Positions 1-16,975 of a stretch of 64,000 bases of DNA are shown here, in pieces; position 1 is the stretch's first letter, and every line of letters starts with the position of its first letter. Source of the stretch: the human T2T-CHM13v2.0 reference genome, Homo sapiens. The DNA is taken from the NCBI RefSeq assembly GCF_009914755.1, contig NC_060938.1; one strand, given 5' to 3'. Made by a program: the position numbers and the translations under genes. The notes below the pieces were generated by a model, which saw nothing but the letters and a program-made list of their open reading frames with translations, had not been told where the DNA came from and ran no database searches.

Positions 1-960
1 GTTTTCTTTCTTTTTATAGTTTATTAAGTATATTTTATCATGAATGTGGGTTAAATTTTGACAAATGCTTTTTCTTCTTTGCTTAAGATGATCACATGAG
101 GGTTTTTTCCTTATGTTAATGTGATATTACGCTGATTTTCATGTGCTGGAACATACTTTCATTTCAGGAGTCAATTACACTCATTCATAGTGTATAATCC
201 TTTTAATGTACTGCTAAGTTTGAGTTGCGGGTATTTTGTTGAGGATTTTTGCATCAGCATGTATAAGGGATGTTTGTTTGTAGTTTTCTTATGGTGCCTT
301 TTTCTGGCTTGGTGTCAGGGTAATACTGACCTCATAGAATAAGTTAGAAAAAACTACCTCCTTTTCAACGTTTTGAAAAAGTTTGAGAAGAAGCGGTGTT
401 AATTCTGCTTTAAACATTGGGTAGAATTCAACAGTGAAAACATCTGGTCCAGGCTTTTCTTTGTTGCTGGGTTTTTGATTACTGATGCTATCTTCCTGCT
501 GAATCTCCTTGCTGAATAGGTTTATTCAACTTTTCTGATTCAGTCTTAGTAGGTTTTTTGTTTCTAGGAATTTGTTCATTTTATTTAAGCTATTCAATTT
601 TTTAGTGTATAGTCCCTTATGGTACTCTCCTACACCCCTTTTTTACTCCAAAAATTTGTTAGTAATGTACCCATTTTATTTTTGAGTTTAGTAATTTGAA
701 TATTCCCTTTCTTTCTTAGTCAATCTAGATAAAATTTTGTCAGTTTTGATGTTTTTCAGAGAACAAACTAGGTTGTGTTGATTTTTGATATTGTTTTTCT
801 ATTCTCTATTTCACTTATTTCCACTGCTATCTTTATCATTTTTTTAATTTTGCTAGCTTTTAGTGGTCCCTCTTTAATAGTCCCTCTTTTTCTCTCTGTT
901 TTTAGTTCCTTAGGAGTAAAGTTGTTGATTTGGTATCTTATTTTCTATAATCATTTATAG
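1..960 (-). mobile_element. Old L1 (L1M-type) ORF2 fragment
   Basis: Diverged antisense L1 motifs (ttttgttgaggatttttgcatc; catctggtccaggcttttctt) that match the L1 at ~25640-25870. Confidence 0.75.
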
Positions 961-2374
961 CTATAAATTTTTCCCTTATAGTACCATTTTTAATGTATCT
1001 CTTAACTTTTGTTATTTCATGTTTTTAATTTGTCTCTAGATATTTTTTCTTTTCTCTTGTGATTTCTTCCTTTATCCATCCTTGAGTGTTTCATACCTAT
1101 ATTTTTAGACATAAAATGTGTAACCTACAGTATTTTCTTGATTTGTTAGTTTTATTTGTTGTAAGTTTTTATTTCAGAATTAAATGTGTGTATCAACATT
1201 TGTTATGTTCTCATAAACTTTGTAATACATGGAGATTACTGGTCCATATATGTAAGTCTCTACATGAATATTATTTTGAAGCATTTAACCTTCTATTTTA
1301 ATATTTCAAAGGTCTAAATGAAATTGAGATTTTGGTTTCTGAGATGAAATCATGGAAGGTGACTGAGAAATGCTTAAAAATTAGCCAAAACTTAAAATTA
1401 AGTTAAAGTTTACCTTCAAGATTCAACCTGAATAAGTCGCCCTGTATTGCTGGTAATAAAGAATAAGTCTTTAATGATATAAAAGGAAACTTCAGAGAAT
1501 GTTTTTTTTCCCCAGTTGACATATAAATTAAAAGATATAAAAAATTTTTATGGCCTTATGCATTTTTTACTTTAGAATTCCAACTTTTTCTGGTTAACAT
1601 TTTTCCAAACAGATTCCTGTGTATTTGAAAGACAAATAATTTTTTAATTGAACTGCTTAAGCAGTTAAATAAGGCCATGAAAGTTTCTTGAACTTGTGGG
1701 AATCCATGAGAAAATCTGACATTATGTTCTATTCTCTTGGAAGGTAGAAATATCGTTTGACTTCTGTTTTGCAGACAAGAAATGTCCTGAGCAAGGCTAC
1801 CTGGGACAATGACCTCACACATGGAAAACGTTGGAGCCCATCTGTTTCCAATCTGCTGTTTTCCAAAAATTAGTGAAGTTCAGTTTTCCCTTTGATACTC
1901 TCTGTTACTACCAATCCCAATGCCAGGGCTGTCCTGCTTCTACAAGTGACAATGACAAATATAGGCCTGAAGAAAGATGAGATGATGGGATTCCCAGCTT
2001 ATTACCTCTCCTTGGTGGCCTTATCTCACATACATGGATTCAACTCATAGACTCAGCTGGGTGAGGATCTATTATTCAGCTACATTAGAAGTGACTGCTT
2101 AAGACTCAGGTGTGTGGTGAAATGAGGCAGAATTTTCTCTATGGAGTGTTGGCAGAATTTTCTCCTCATAATTACCATCTTACTATCACTAAATCATAAC
2201 TAAAATGAGGAAATTATTCAAGAAGAAATAGAAATGTAATCATATGAGGACATAAATTTAGAGATTTGTGGAGAGCTCTTCATAATTTTATGGCGTTCTC
2301 TTTGAGCTGGGATTATAGTTGACATTTCATTATAATATATTAGCTGTTCTAGACTTTATGCATTTATGTAAAGT

Positions 2375-5052
<2,678 letters not shown>

Positions 5053-6159
5053 TAGAGTATGATTTCTTAATACATGAGATGTTTTAATTATGTAACAATA
5101 ATGATATTTATCACAAATATATTTTGTCTCAATGTGATATACAAATTGCTAATAAATCAATTCTTTTTTGGTTACCACAAAGCTATCTGGAAATGTAAAG
5201 TCTGCCATTTATAAAATTTTTGTAGAGTTAATAGAACTTTACTTGAAGAGAGGCTGGCAATAGGCATCATGACTTCAAGCACTGCCAGTGAAGTTGTGGA
5301 GTTTCAAGTGGTACTCACATCTTGTTACTGGGATTATAAATTAGTAAAAACTATATCAATTGTAATTAAACAATATATACCAAAATTATAAATGGAAATA
5401 TTCTCTGATTCAGCAATTTCATTTCCAGAAATTTACCCTACAGACATACTCATGATGCCTGGAATTATGTATGAATGGGAGAAAGTATTATATCACCTTT
5501 TTAATTAACAAAAGTCTAGAAATCACCTTAATGTTTATCAATCACATTAATGATTAACACCTTACTGTTTATTGAAATTATGGTTATTCATATGATAGAC
5601 TACTATGCAGCTATTTAAAGAAATAAATTTTAAAAGGATGCTCAAAAATGATGTCTAAGATATGTTACAAAGGAAAAAACCTGGGTGGAGAGCCGTGTCT
5701 GATATGCCTCCATTCCTATGAAATCAGAGTGTATATAAATGCATAGAGTATCTCCATTAACTGGTAACTGTTACAAAATTCAAAGTTAATGCAGGCAAGC
5801 CCTTTCTTTTTTAATGCTAAAACTCCACGGACCTGCACAATATTTGAGGATTTCCAACACAGGCCAATCTACCTTTGAACTTACAGATTTTAGGAAATGA
5901 AGCTCTTGAAAAATCAAGCATTAATATTCCTAGCTACAGTTGTTTGGAACATAATTAGAATGATCCATTCTTTGCAAGTTTGTAAAATTTGCTCATACAA
6001 CCATCTGGGCCTAGTCCCTCCTTTGTGAAAGATTTTATTTTACTAGAGATTTTATGTTCTTCATGTTATAGTACTTCTTAGTTTTCTATTTCTTCTTGAT
6101 TCTTGAGTCAATTTTGGTACCACTTAGTACCCCACAGGGTGCTTGGGCTCAGAACACAT

Positions 6160-6535
6160 CAGTCAAAGGAAGAGAGAAGAAAGGAAGTTAGGAAGGAGGG
6201 AGGAAGAAAGGAAGGATGGAAGGGGACAAAGAAGGAAAGAGAGATGGAAGGAAAGAATGAGAGAAAGAAAGATGGAGGGAGAGAAAGATGGAGGGAGAGA
6301 AAGTTGGAGAGAGAGAAAGAAAGAAGGAAATGAGAGAAAGAAGGAAGGAAGGAGGGAGAGAAAGAGGGAAAGAGAAAGAAGGAAAGAAACAAGGAAGCAG
6401 GGAGGGAGAGAAAAGAAGGTAGAGGAAGGAAGGAAGAAAGGAAGGAAAGAGGGAGGGAAGGAAGGGAGAGAGAGGGAGGCAGGGAAAGAAAGAAAGAGAG
6501 AAAGGTGAAAGGTGGGGATGGGAAGAGAAGAGGAG
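6160..6535. repeat. Polypurine (GAAG/GAGG)n low-complexity tract
   Basis: Almost pure A/G for ~370 bp. Confidence 0.95.
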
Positions 6536-6764
6536 CCAGCCACAGGCTACAGGCTGTTTGTTCACTCTTTCAGTTGACCCAGGCAGTTCTGCCTTTTAAA
6601 TATTCCACCTTCTGCCATGAGTTACACTGTTCAATATTCATTCCTCAGAGCATTCAAAGGTCTATGTGTGCCCTGCCATGATGGAGCATGGCTTCAGTTC
6701 CCAAACACAACTCTCAGCCAAAATATTCATGACTGGTCCCTCCCATATACTTATCAATCCCCCA

Positions 6765-7177
6765 TGTATGGTCTTCATGTGTCCCCCCGAGCTCAAGTGT
6801 TGGAAACTTAATCCTCTATGTGACAGTGTTGAGAGGTGGGGCCTAATAAGAGTGATTGGGTTATGAGACTCTGCCCCCATGCGTGGATTAATGTCACTAT
6901 CTCAGGAATAGGTTAGTTATCTGGGGAGTGGGTTAGTTATCTTGGGAGCGCACTTGTATTAAAAGCAAGTTCAGCCCCTTTTGCTCTCTTTCTTTCTGAA
7001 AGTCTTGCTCTGCTGCCTTCAGCCATGAGATGACACAGCAAGAAGGCCCTCACCAGATGCAGAGCCCCTCATCCTTGGACTTCCTAGCCTCCAGAACTCT
7101 AAGAAATAAATTTCTTTTCTTTATAGATTCCCTAGTCTATGGTATTCTGTTATAGCAGCACAAAATGGGTTAAGATG
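6765..7177 (+). mobile_element. MaLR solo LTR (MST family)
   Basis: Typical MST body ending gttatagcagcacaaaatgggttaaga; 5-bp TSD cccca. Confidence 0.85.
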
Positions 7178-7453
7178 CCCCATTACATGGAGAGTGCTGA
7201 TCCACAGGGTTGAGGTCACTGACTTAGGGCTTGGAGTCTTATACAACATACCTACGGGAGTTGGCCTCCATATTCCCTAACTTCCAGGATCTCAAATGGT
7301 GATCTCAGACCAAAATATAACCCAGATATTTTGCATTTGGCAATATTGCCCACTTTTATACAACTTTATCATGGCAGCTTTGATGTGTTCACTTCTACGA
7401 TCCCTGAAAGGATATGAGTTCAAGATCCTGCAAGGTTATGATCCAAGGATAGA

Positions 7454-7622
7454 AGAGCCTAGACAAGAGTTCCATCACCTGGGTGATCAGTGCAGAGCTA
7501 TGTCACAAAGTCTCCGTAGGCAAAGCCTAGACAAGAGTTACATCACCTGGGTAATCAGTGCAGAGATATGTTACAAAGCCCCCGTAGGCAGAGCCGAGAC
7601 AAGAGTTACATCACCTGGGTGA
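7454..7622 (+). repeat. Beta-satellite (68-bp BSR), ~2.5 monomers
   Basis: Tandem agagcctagacaagagttacatcacctgggtgatcagtgcagagatatgtcaca units. Confidence 0.95.
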
Positions 7623-7669
7623 CAGGTAAACAACAATGACAACTTATTTTCATCCCCACTTCAGTCTTT

Positions 7670-7825
7670 GAGGTTAGACAGACCTGGATCCAAATCCAAG
7701 CTCCACCCCTCACTGTGTGAGCTTGCTCAAGCTGCTAACATCTCTGAGACTTGACTCTTCATTCATGAAATGAGGATAAAGGCCCTTCTCTCAGGGGCTG
7801 TGCCAAGGATGAAATGAGTCATGCA
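7670..7825 (+). mobile_element. MIR SINE fragment
   Basis: cagacctggatccaaatccaagctccac...catgaaatgaggataa resembles the MIR core. Confidence 0.7.
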
Positions 7826-7899
7826 TTGGTCAGGACAGGTGACGCTGTGTAACAAACAAGCCCCCAAACCTCAGTGGCTTCAACAGCAAAGTTGACTTC

Positions 7900-8221
7900 T
7901 TTTCTTTTTTTTTTTTTTTTTTGCTGGGGGTGGGGTGCGGTGGATGGAGTCTCACTCTGTCACCCAGGCTGGAGTGCAGTGGTGCAGTCTCAGACCACTG
8001 TAACCTCCACCTCCTGAGTTCAAGAGATTCTCCTGCCTCAGCCTCCTGAGTAGCTGGGACTACAGGCGCCTGCCACAATGCCTGGCTAATTTTTTATATT
8101 TTTAGTAGAGATGGGGTTTCACCGTTTTAGTCAGGATGGTCTCGATTACCTGAACTCATGATCTGCCCGTCTCAGCCTCCCAAAGTGCTGGGATTACAGG
8201 CGTGAGCCACCGCACCCGGCC
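7900..8221 (-). mobile_element. Alu
   Basis: Poly-T plus full Alu body ending cccggcc. Confidence 0.95.
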
Positions 8222-8447
8222 TTTACTTCTGAATTGATTTCGCATCCATCACGGGCCAACAAGGGGGCTCTGGTGGTCGTAGTCATTCAGAGACTCAAAC
8301 AGATAGACCCTTATCCCAGAAGATGCTCCCACAGTTCCAGAAACAGAGCAAAGAAAACATAATCAGCCATGAGCCACTTCTTAAATCCCCTGCACAGAAG
8401 GGATGCACGTTTCTTCTGTCACAGCTGTTGCCCAAAATGTCTCAGGC

Positions 8448-8768
<321 letters not shown>

Positions 8769-9368
8769 CTAGGAGGGTAGAAAGAATAGTCATTTTGGTT
8801 GCCACAATCAATCGAAACAAAGATGCAGATCATTGATGTAAAATTACAGTTAGTTCCTCCCCACTCCTTTTCAGCTTCTCTTAGTTGCTATGAGCCAACG
8901 TTTCCAGTGTCAGTTTTCAGTCTGTTGCCTCCCAGCTCCTAGTGCACCTTTCAATACGTGCACTGTGATAAACGGGGAAACACTGTTCAATATGCCTTCT
9001 GGGAGTGAACATTCTGCAGGCATCTATGTAGAGGACGGAGAGACTGCAAGGGGCAGGAGCTCTCTGGCTGGGCCTTGATCATGTTCAAGCCCCAACCACA
9101 GACCTAGGCTTGGTCCCTCAGCCACCTTGTAGCCTTGGCTTGCAACATCTCGACATGGAAACCAAAATGCAGCAGAGCACATGTGATCTGAAAGTTCCTG
9201 AAAATTTTCCCAGACCCCATCTTGTACCCCTTGGGCAACCTGCACACAGTGATCTGTATTCTAGAGGGTCCGCACAGAGCTGCCATTCCTTCTGCCAGAC
9301 CCTGCGGGACTCAGGCATTCTGGAGGCTTCCTGCCCTACAAAGGCAGCCAGGCTCCCGCCATGCATCC

Positions 9369-9582
9369 CTGCACCAGCGGCTCACGGCTAGCTCCCTCAT
9401 CTGCATTCCAGTGGCTCATGGCCAGCTCCCTCACCTGCACCAGCGGCTCTCGGCCGGCTCCCTCCCCTGCACACCAGCGGCTCACGGCCGGCTCCCCTCC
9501 TTGCACACCAGCGGCTCACGGCCTGCTCCTTCCCCTGCATTCCAGCGGTTCACGGCCAGCTCCCTCACCTGCACTCCAGTGG
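9369..9582. repeat. GC-rich minisatellite, ~6.5 units of 32-34 bp
   Basis: Units ctgca(ca/tt)ccagcggctcacggccagctccctcac start at 9369, 9401, 9435, 9467, 9501, 9535 and 9569. Confidence 0.9.
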
Positions 9583-10714
9583 GTGGCCTAGTGCTTGTGC
9601 AGAAGCTGCTGACTAGCTCCAGCCTGCCCAAATCCACGAGCATCTCTTATGTGGTGGCTGAACCACATTTTATGACATCTGAACACCTTTCAAATCTGTG
9701 CTTCCTTGGGTACCTCCCTCTGCACTAGGGCACCAGGCAGGGTTGCTTTATGTCTTACAGTGACTCTTTTATCACAGTTGCAATCCTTTATACTACACTT
9801 CCCCGTTAGACCCACTATGTGGTTTCTATCTCTTGATGGGACCCAGGCTGCTACAAGACCTAACCCATGAACATTGCACTTCATTAGTTCCTCACCATTG
9901 GCCCAAGATCATGCTCCACCACCCCTCTCTGCACCCTGACTTTCTTTCCTTAAGTGAAACCCCTAAACGCCCTCTTTGTGCCCAAAGCTTACCTGCTCTT
10001 CCTTCCCTATATTCTTGGCCAGACACAAAAATCTGATGCTCTGGCAAATGCAGAAATGGGGAGAAGGCAGGGGAATCATTTCTCCTCCCTTAGGTAAGCA
10101 CTGACGGTTATGTCATTCCATTGTGTGAGGAATAAAAAAATGAGGCATAGAGAGCTGCCATGATTTGCCTGGACCAATGAAGCTGTCATGACAGAAGTGG
10201 AACAAAGGTTTAGGAGTCCCAAATGTCAGTCCAGCTCCTATGCCTTCAGAACGTGCTGTGGAAGGAGACGCCGGGGGACTCCACTCATGCTGAGCACTCA
10301 GGGGTACCCAAGTGCTGAGACTGGGGACGTGACAGGCTGAGTTGACTGAGCCAAGTCCTCCTACACCAAATAAGGATGGAAACCCTCACATAATAGAAGT
10401 GAAGAGAGGGAACGAAGCCAGGAACTATTAAGAGGCTGATGCCTGGAAGGCCTGGGCAGAATGACAGTGAGATTGGCACAGAACAGAGGCCCTAGATGGG
10501 GACAAGGGGAAGGAAGTGGCCTTGGTGGCCAGATGGCACCGGTCCACTGCACAGAGGCTGGAGCCTTGAGTTCCATCTAGTCCTTGTCAACCACAATCAT
10601 TCTGCCCTATGGCTCAACAAGTACTGGAGAAAATGTATTTTCTGCAGGCTGGGGAGGTGAGAATAAAACAATTCAGCCTTAAGAAGTTGAAAGCCCAGGA
10701 AATCATAGCACGTG

Positions 10715-11072
10715 GAGATGGGATTCATACTTAAACTTCCTGCCCTTGACTTCTGGTTTGGCCATGTGACTTACTTTGGCCAATGGATGTGGTAAAGTGG
10801 TAGTCTGCACATTCTGAGCCTGGGTGGTAAGATAAGAGACCTTCACATTTCCCTTTGTTCTTTGCACTCCTGCCATTGCCATGAGAAGAAGGCACCCTGG
10901 CAGGCCCCAACCCGAGGAGGATCAGAGACACTTGGAGCAGATCCAGCTCAGCCACCACAGTTCGAGCTGAAACCTCCCAAGCAACCCATGCTCATGAGTG
11001 AGAAATGGTGGCCTATGGTCTTAGGCCTCTGAGGTGTGGGGTTACTTGTTACAGAGCAAGAGTTAACTAATA
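10715..11072 (+). mobile_element. MLT1-family MaLR LTR
   Basis: tggccatgtgacttactttggccaatgg ... gttacttgttacagagcaagagttaactaata. Confidence 0.75.
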
Positions 11073-11326
11073 GAGATTTCTACCTCACATCCCTATGAAT
11101 TAAAGAACAAAGGAAATAAAACAAAATATGAAAAGCAGATTTCCAATTTTTAGAAGAAAACAGAGGACAGATTTTATGACACTAAACAGAGAAAAACGTT
11201 TTTTTAATATGACACAAAACACAGACATCATAAAAGAAATTACTGATAAATTCAATCGTATTAAGTGTAGTAGCTTTGATCTGACAAAAGAGGCCATGAA
11301 TAAAGTTAAAAGACAAAGACAGTGCA

Positions 11327-11681
11327 TGATATGGTTTGGCTGCATGTCCCCACCCAAATCTCATCTTGAATTGTCCTCCCATAATTCTCCTGTGTTGTGG
11401 GAGGGATCTGGTGGGAGATAATTGGAATCATGGGAGTGGTTCCCTCATACTATTCTCCTGGTAGTGAATAAATCTCACGAGATCTGACGGTTTTATCAGG
11501 GGGTTCCACTTTTGCATCATCCTCTTTTTTCTCTGGCCACTGCCATGTAAGAAGTGCCTTTCACCTCCCACCATGATTCTGAGGCCTCTTCAGTCATGTG
11601 GAACTGAAAGTCCAATTAAACCTCTTTTTCTTCCCAGTCTGGGGTATGTCTTTATTGGCAATGTGAAAATGGACTAATACA
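11327..11681 (+). mobile_element. THE1 solo LTR (THE1A-like)
   Basis: tgatatggtttggct...ggactaataca; perfect 5-bp TSD gtgca at 11322-11326 and 11682-11686. Confidence 0.93.
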
Positions 11682-11759
11682 GTGCACCAATAGGGAAAAC
11701 ATATTTGTAAGATATTTGGCCAAAAAAGCATTGATATCCAGATCATTAAAATCAAAATT

Positions 11760-12049
<290 letters not shown>

Positions 12050-13986
12050 TAGCATTTACAAGTCAGCAAGGAGTAACCAAAGACCCAACAGACATATGGG
12101 CCAGGAGCAATTCACAGAGGAGGAGACCCGAAGGGCTGGGAAACACAAGGCATGCATTCAGCTGCACAGCAAAATACAGGAACAATATCAGAAAGTGCGA
12201 TAACAAATATTGATGAAGATGAGTGAAGACGGATGTGCGCACTGCTGGCGAGGGGCATTGTGAGGTCTCCAGCCCCAAGGTCATCTGGCTGTGCTTCCTA
12301 GGAAGAAAGGGCTGACAACAGACCTGTCCCAGGACTCCAAGCCTCACCAGGCTACGTGCAGGTCTTGGACCAGAACATCAGCATCACTTTGGGGTGGGGA
12401 TTGCAGGGGGTTGGCGCATCCTCTGCTCACCAGAAATGCAGAATTCTAGATTCATCTGGAAGATATTGTTGAAGGGAAAAGCAACTTTCAGGAGAGTATG
12501 TATGGACTGCTATTTGTATAAAATTGCAAAAACAGACCAAAGAACACTATCCATTCTTCATGGACATGCACACTAGGTATTAAACATGGATGGGAAGACA
12601 CACATTGACTTCAGAATAGTGGGGAGGGAGGCGGTAACTGGACTAGAAAAGGGACATATAACTCGAGGGTCAGCATGAACATTATGGTTGAATCCGTAGT
12701 TTTCTTCCCTTAAACTCTGGAGCAAATGCATCCAAAAGCTACCACGTTTGAATTTTAACTGGGAGGTACATGAAAGTTTGATATCATTATCCTCTACATA
12801 GTCCTGTGTGTTTGTAATATTGAGGCATATTTTTTAAATACTTGACACAGCATGAAAGGAAGCTTGCCTACATGGTAACAATGGTTATCTTTAGGTAGCA
12901 GAATTCAAGACTGCTTCTTTTTCTTTTTTTCCTACTTGTATATTATCTCTATTTCCCTGTGTGAGGATTTATGACTGTTGTGATGAGAAGGCTAGTATTC
13001 TAACTCCCTGCATCATAAGCACACACCGTGTCCTGGCTGGAACGATGGGGAGGAGGGAGCGTGTCTGTTCACCTGGCCAGCCCTAGGCAACTCTGCAGAG
13101 AAAGATACAGGCACTTCCCCTCTGCAGCCAAAGAGTTAAGAAGGCTTGAAGTGAAATAAATCATTCCAGGGGAGCTAAATCTCAGCCTTATCTAATTGTG
13201 GATCCTGAGGCTGATTAATTTAAACTCAAAAATAAAATAAACATCATCCTTAAATAGGGATTAAATACTCAGCGGGGTCCTTAGTTGAACAAACTGACAT
13301 ACATTTTATGGTATGGATTCAAGGGGCCTGGGGTGGGGCGAGGGGTATCTGTGGGGATGCTCGCTGAGCTAAGGAGAGAAAATCGCCAGAGCTCCTGGAT
13401 TCCAGAGTACATTCACCTTTAGCTTCTTCTCTGGATACCCACAGAAAACCAAAAATCCACCCTGTGGCAGGATCTTCACACAGGAGGTGGGCTTGTGCTC
13501 TGTGTCCCTGAGGGAGAAGGGATTAGTGGAGGGAGTGGGTGAAGGGTTTGGAGGAAGCCCCTGATGTTCTTAGAAAACAGTAGGAAAGAGATTGCCTTGC
13601 CTGGGCATTGTTCCCAAATAGGAGACAAGAGCATGAACTAAAAACAGAGACTCTCAGCTCCCTCCATGGTTCCTGAGTTCAGAAGGGAACCCAGGGAAGT
13701 GGGGCAAGTAAAAAATTGAGTGGGCTATCTGACATGTGCCTGGAGGGACCCACGAACCTGAATCAGGCATGAGAGTGGGCAGCTGGTGGATTCTTCCAGG
13801 CCTGCAGCACAAAGCCAGGCGGATGTCCCAAGAACAAGCCATGTCTGCAGAGGCCTCTACTGCATCCCTGACGCATGGGCACAATGTCACAGAACAGAAT
13901 TACATCATTTGGGAGACCATGTGCAGTGTGAGTGTCATAATGGAGCTGGACCCAGAAGGTCCCAGACCCAGGTGCAGCTATGTCTC

Positions 13987-14347
13987 TGCTATAGTCAATG
14001 TTTGTGTGCCCCTAAAATCCGTGTGTTGAAACCTAACCCCTGATAAGTTAGGTTTGAATTAGGAGGCAAAGACTTTAGGAAGTGATTTCATCATGAAAGC
14101 AAAGACCCCATGAATGGGATAAGTGGCCTTGTAAAAGGGAGCCAAGGGAGCTTGTTCTCCTTCCACCATGTGAGGACACAGCTAGGAGGTGCCCTCTATA
14201 AGGAACAGGCCCTCAACAGACACCCAATCTGCCACTACCTCGACCTTCCACTTGACAGCATCCAGACCTATGAGACATAAATTTCTGCTGCTTATAAGCC
14301 CCCTAGGCTAAGGTATTTTGTTACGGCAGCCCAAATGGAATGAGACA
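13987..14347 (+). mobile_element. MLT1A-type MaLR solo LTR
   Basis: tgctatagtcaatgtttgtgtgccc ... ttgttacggcagcccaaatggaatgagaca. Confidence 0.85.
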
Positions 14348-15763
14348 GCCTCTGACCATCTTGAGCAACTCACTTATCTGCTGAACTCTCCACAGATTTA
14401 ACTGTGATGAAATCCCTTCAACAGATGTATATTGAACATCTACTGTGTATAAGGACACACTGTGTTATTGGATAGGGTAGAAAGCAAGTCACAGTTCCCC
14501 AGGGGTAGGCACTGCCATAGCTGAACAGCAAACCCAAGTTGCTGTTGCCAATGGGGGAAGGGGTGGGTGTCAGAGAAGAACAGAACATGCTAGAGTCCAT
14601 GTCTGCAGCAATATTGGAACGTCTAATGGATGGTTCCCAAAGTGGTGACTTCTCATCTTCTTACAAAAACTCATAGTTGTCCCTGTGTAAAGTCTTCCCA
14701 GCAGTGCAGGGCAGCAGAGAATATGCAGATCAGAAAAGACAAGAGGACAGAGAAAGCATTCTTGGCATCAGCAGCCACGGACTTCTTGAAGGAAGGAAAG
14801 CATTTCTCCTGGATCCCTGGGTAGCAGATAGACGTACAGAAATACATTTGTTTGCTATTTGATTCATGGACTTTGAACATTTGTAGACCGGGAGGCTGAG
14901 AATCTTCTCCAGCCAGATGGTGTGGGGCGTGGAAGTACGGACAAGGATTAAAGTAGGAGGAAAACAAAGCAATGAGAAGTGAGCTCTCAGCATGACCAAC
15001 ACAGAGACCTGGGTCTCCGCTACCAACGATAAGAGCTAATATATAATGATTGCAGGTCTGCAAACAGCAGGCTTTCCATATCACATGTGGCAAGCTCTGA
15101 TGACAACCCTGTGTGACAGGTATTGTTGTCGGAGGCAGAGGGTTGCTACATAATCACAAGCAACTGGTGGAATGCCAGAGAGTTTGGTTTTAATTGGTCT
15201 ACTTCCTGTTTGCTTTCTATTTGTCCCATCTGTAGTTCGTTCTCCTTTTCCTCTTTCTCTGACTTCTTTTGAATTTGTTGAGTATTTTTATTTCATTTAA
15301 TCTTCTTTGTTGGCCTTTTACATATAACTATTTTTGCTTGGTTTGGTTTTGAGTTTTAATCATTGCTCTATGGTTTATGGTATATCATATGGTTTGGATC
15401 TGTGTCCCTACCCAAATCTCACGTGGAAACATAATCCCCAATGCCAAACGTGGGACCTGGAGGGAGGTGATTGGATCATGGAGCCAGTTTCTCATGGTTT
15501 AACACCATCCCCGCTTGGTACTATATAGCGAGTGAGTTCTCACAAGATCTGGTTGTTTAATAGTTTGTGGCACCTCCCCCTCACTCTCTTCCTCCTGCTC
15601 CAGTCACATAAGATATGCTTGCTTCCCCTTTGCCTTCCGTCATGATTGTAAGCTCCCTGAGGCCTCCCCAGAAGCCAAGCAGATGACAGAATCACGCTTC
15701 CTGTACAGCCTGCAGAACTGTGAGCCAATTAAATCTCTTTTCTTCATAAATTACCCAGTCTCA

Positions 15764-16074
15764 TTTTCTTTTTTTGAGACGTAGTCTCACTCTGTCGCCC
15801 AGGCTGCAGTGCAGTGGTGCGATCTCGGCTCACTGCAACCCCGCCTCCCTGGTTCAAGTGATTCTGAACCTCCCAAGTAGCCTCAGCCTCCCAAGTAGCT
15901 TAGCTGGGACTACAGGCATATGCCACCAAACCCACATATTTTTTTTTTGTATTTTTAGTAGAGACATGGTTTCATCATGTTGGCCAGGACAGTCTCAATC
16001 TCTTGAACTCGTAATCCACCCACCCCAGCCTCCCAAAGTGCTGGGATTACAGGCGTGAGCCACCATGCCCAGCC
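15764..16074 (-). mobile_element. Alu nested in the MST LTR
   Basis: Alu body; TSD ccagtctca. Confidence 0.92.
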
Positions 16075-16094
16075 CCAGTCTCAGACATTTCTTT

Positions 16095-16975
16095 TTCTTT
16101 GAATTTATTTATTATTATTTTTTAAATTATTACTATTATACCTTAAGTTTTAGGGTACATGTGCACAACGTGTAGGTTTGTTACATATGTATACATGTGT
16201 CATGTTGGTGTGCTGCACCCATTAACTCATCATTTAGCATTAGGTATATCTCCCAATGCTATCCCTCCCCCCTCCCCCCACCCCACCACAGTCCCCAGAG
16301 TGTGATATTCCCCTTCCTGTGTCCATGTGATCTCATTGTTCAATTCCCACCTATGAGTGAGAATATGCGGTGTTTGGTTTTTTGTTCTTGCGATAGTTTA
16401 CGGAGAATGATGATTTCCAATTTCATCCATGTCCCTACAAAGGACATGAACTCATCATTTTTTATGGCTGCATAGTATTCCATGGTGTATATGTGCCACA
16501 TTTTCTTAATCCAGTCTATCATTGTTGGACATTTGGGTTGGTTCCAAGTCTTTGCTACTGTGAATAGTGCCGCAATAAACTTATGTGTACATGTGTCTTT
16601 ATAGCAGCATGATTTATAATCCTTTGGGTATATACCCAGTAATGGGATGGCTAGGTAAAATGATATTTCTAGTTCCAGATACCTGAGGGATCACCACACC
16701 GACTTCCACAATGGTTGAACTAGTTTACAGTCCCACCAACAGTGTAAAAGTGGTCCTATTTCTCCACATCCTCTCCAGCACCTGTTGTTTCCTGACTTTT
16801 TAATGATCGCCATTCTAACTGGTGTGAGATGGTGTCTCATTGTGGTTTTGATTTGGATTTCTCTGATGGCCAGTGATTATATTGTGGTTTTGATTTGCAT
16901 TTCTCTGATGGCCAGTGATGATGAGCATTTTTTCATTTGTTTTTTGGTTGCATAAATGTCTTCTTTTGAGAAGTG
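16095..16975 (-). mobile_element. 5'-truncated young L1PA (L1PA2/3-like)
   Basis: L1 3' end; ORF2 C-terminus ...KHRIFSLIGGN; TSD tcagacatttcttt at 16081-16094 and 16976-16989. Confidence 0.92.

Noticed and set aside
6103-6565. R/E/K/G-rich and F/L/S/P-rich ORFs
   Set aside because: Translations of a polypurine tract.
8780-9340. Exon-like unique sequence
   Set aside because: All frames are short or interrupted and I recognise no protein.
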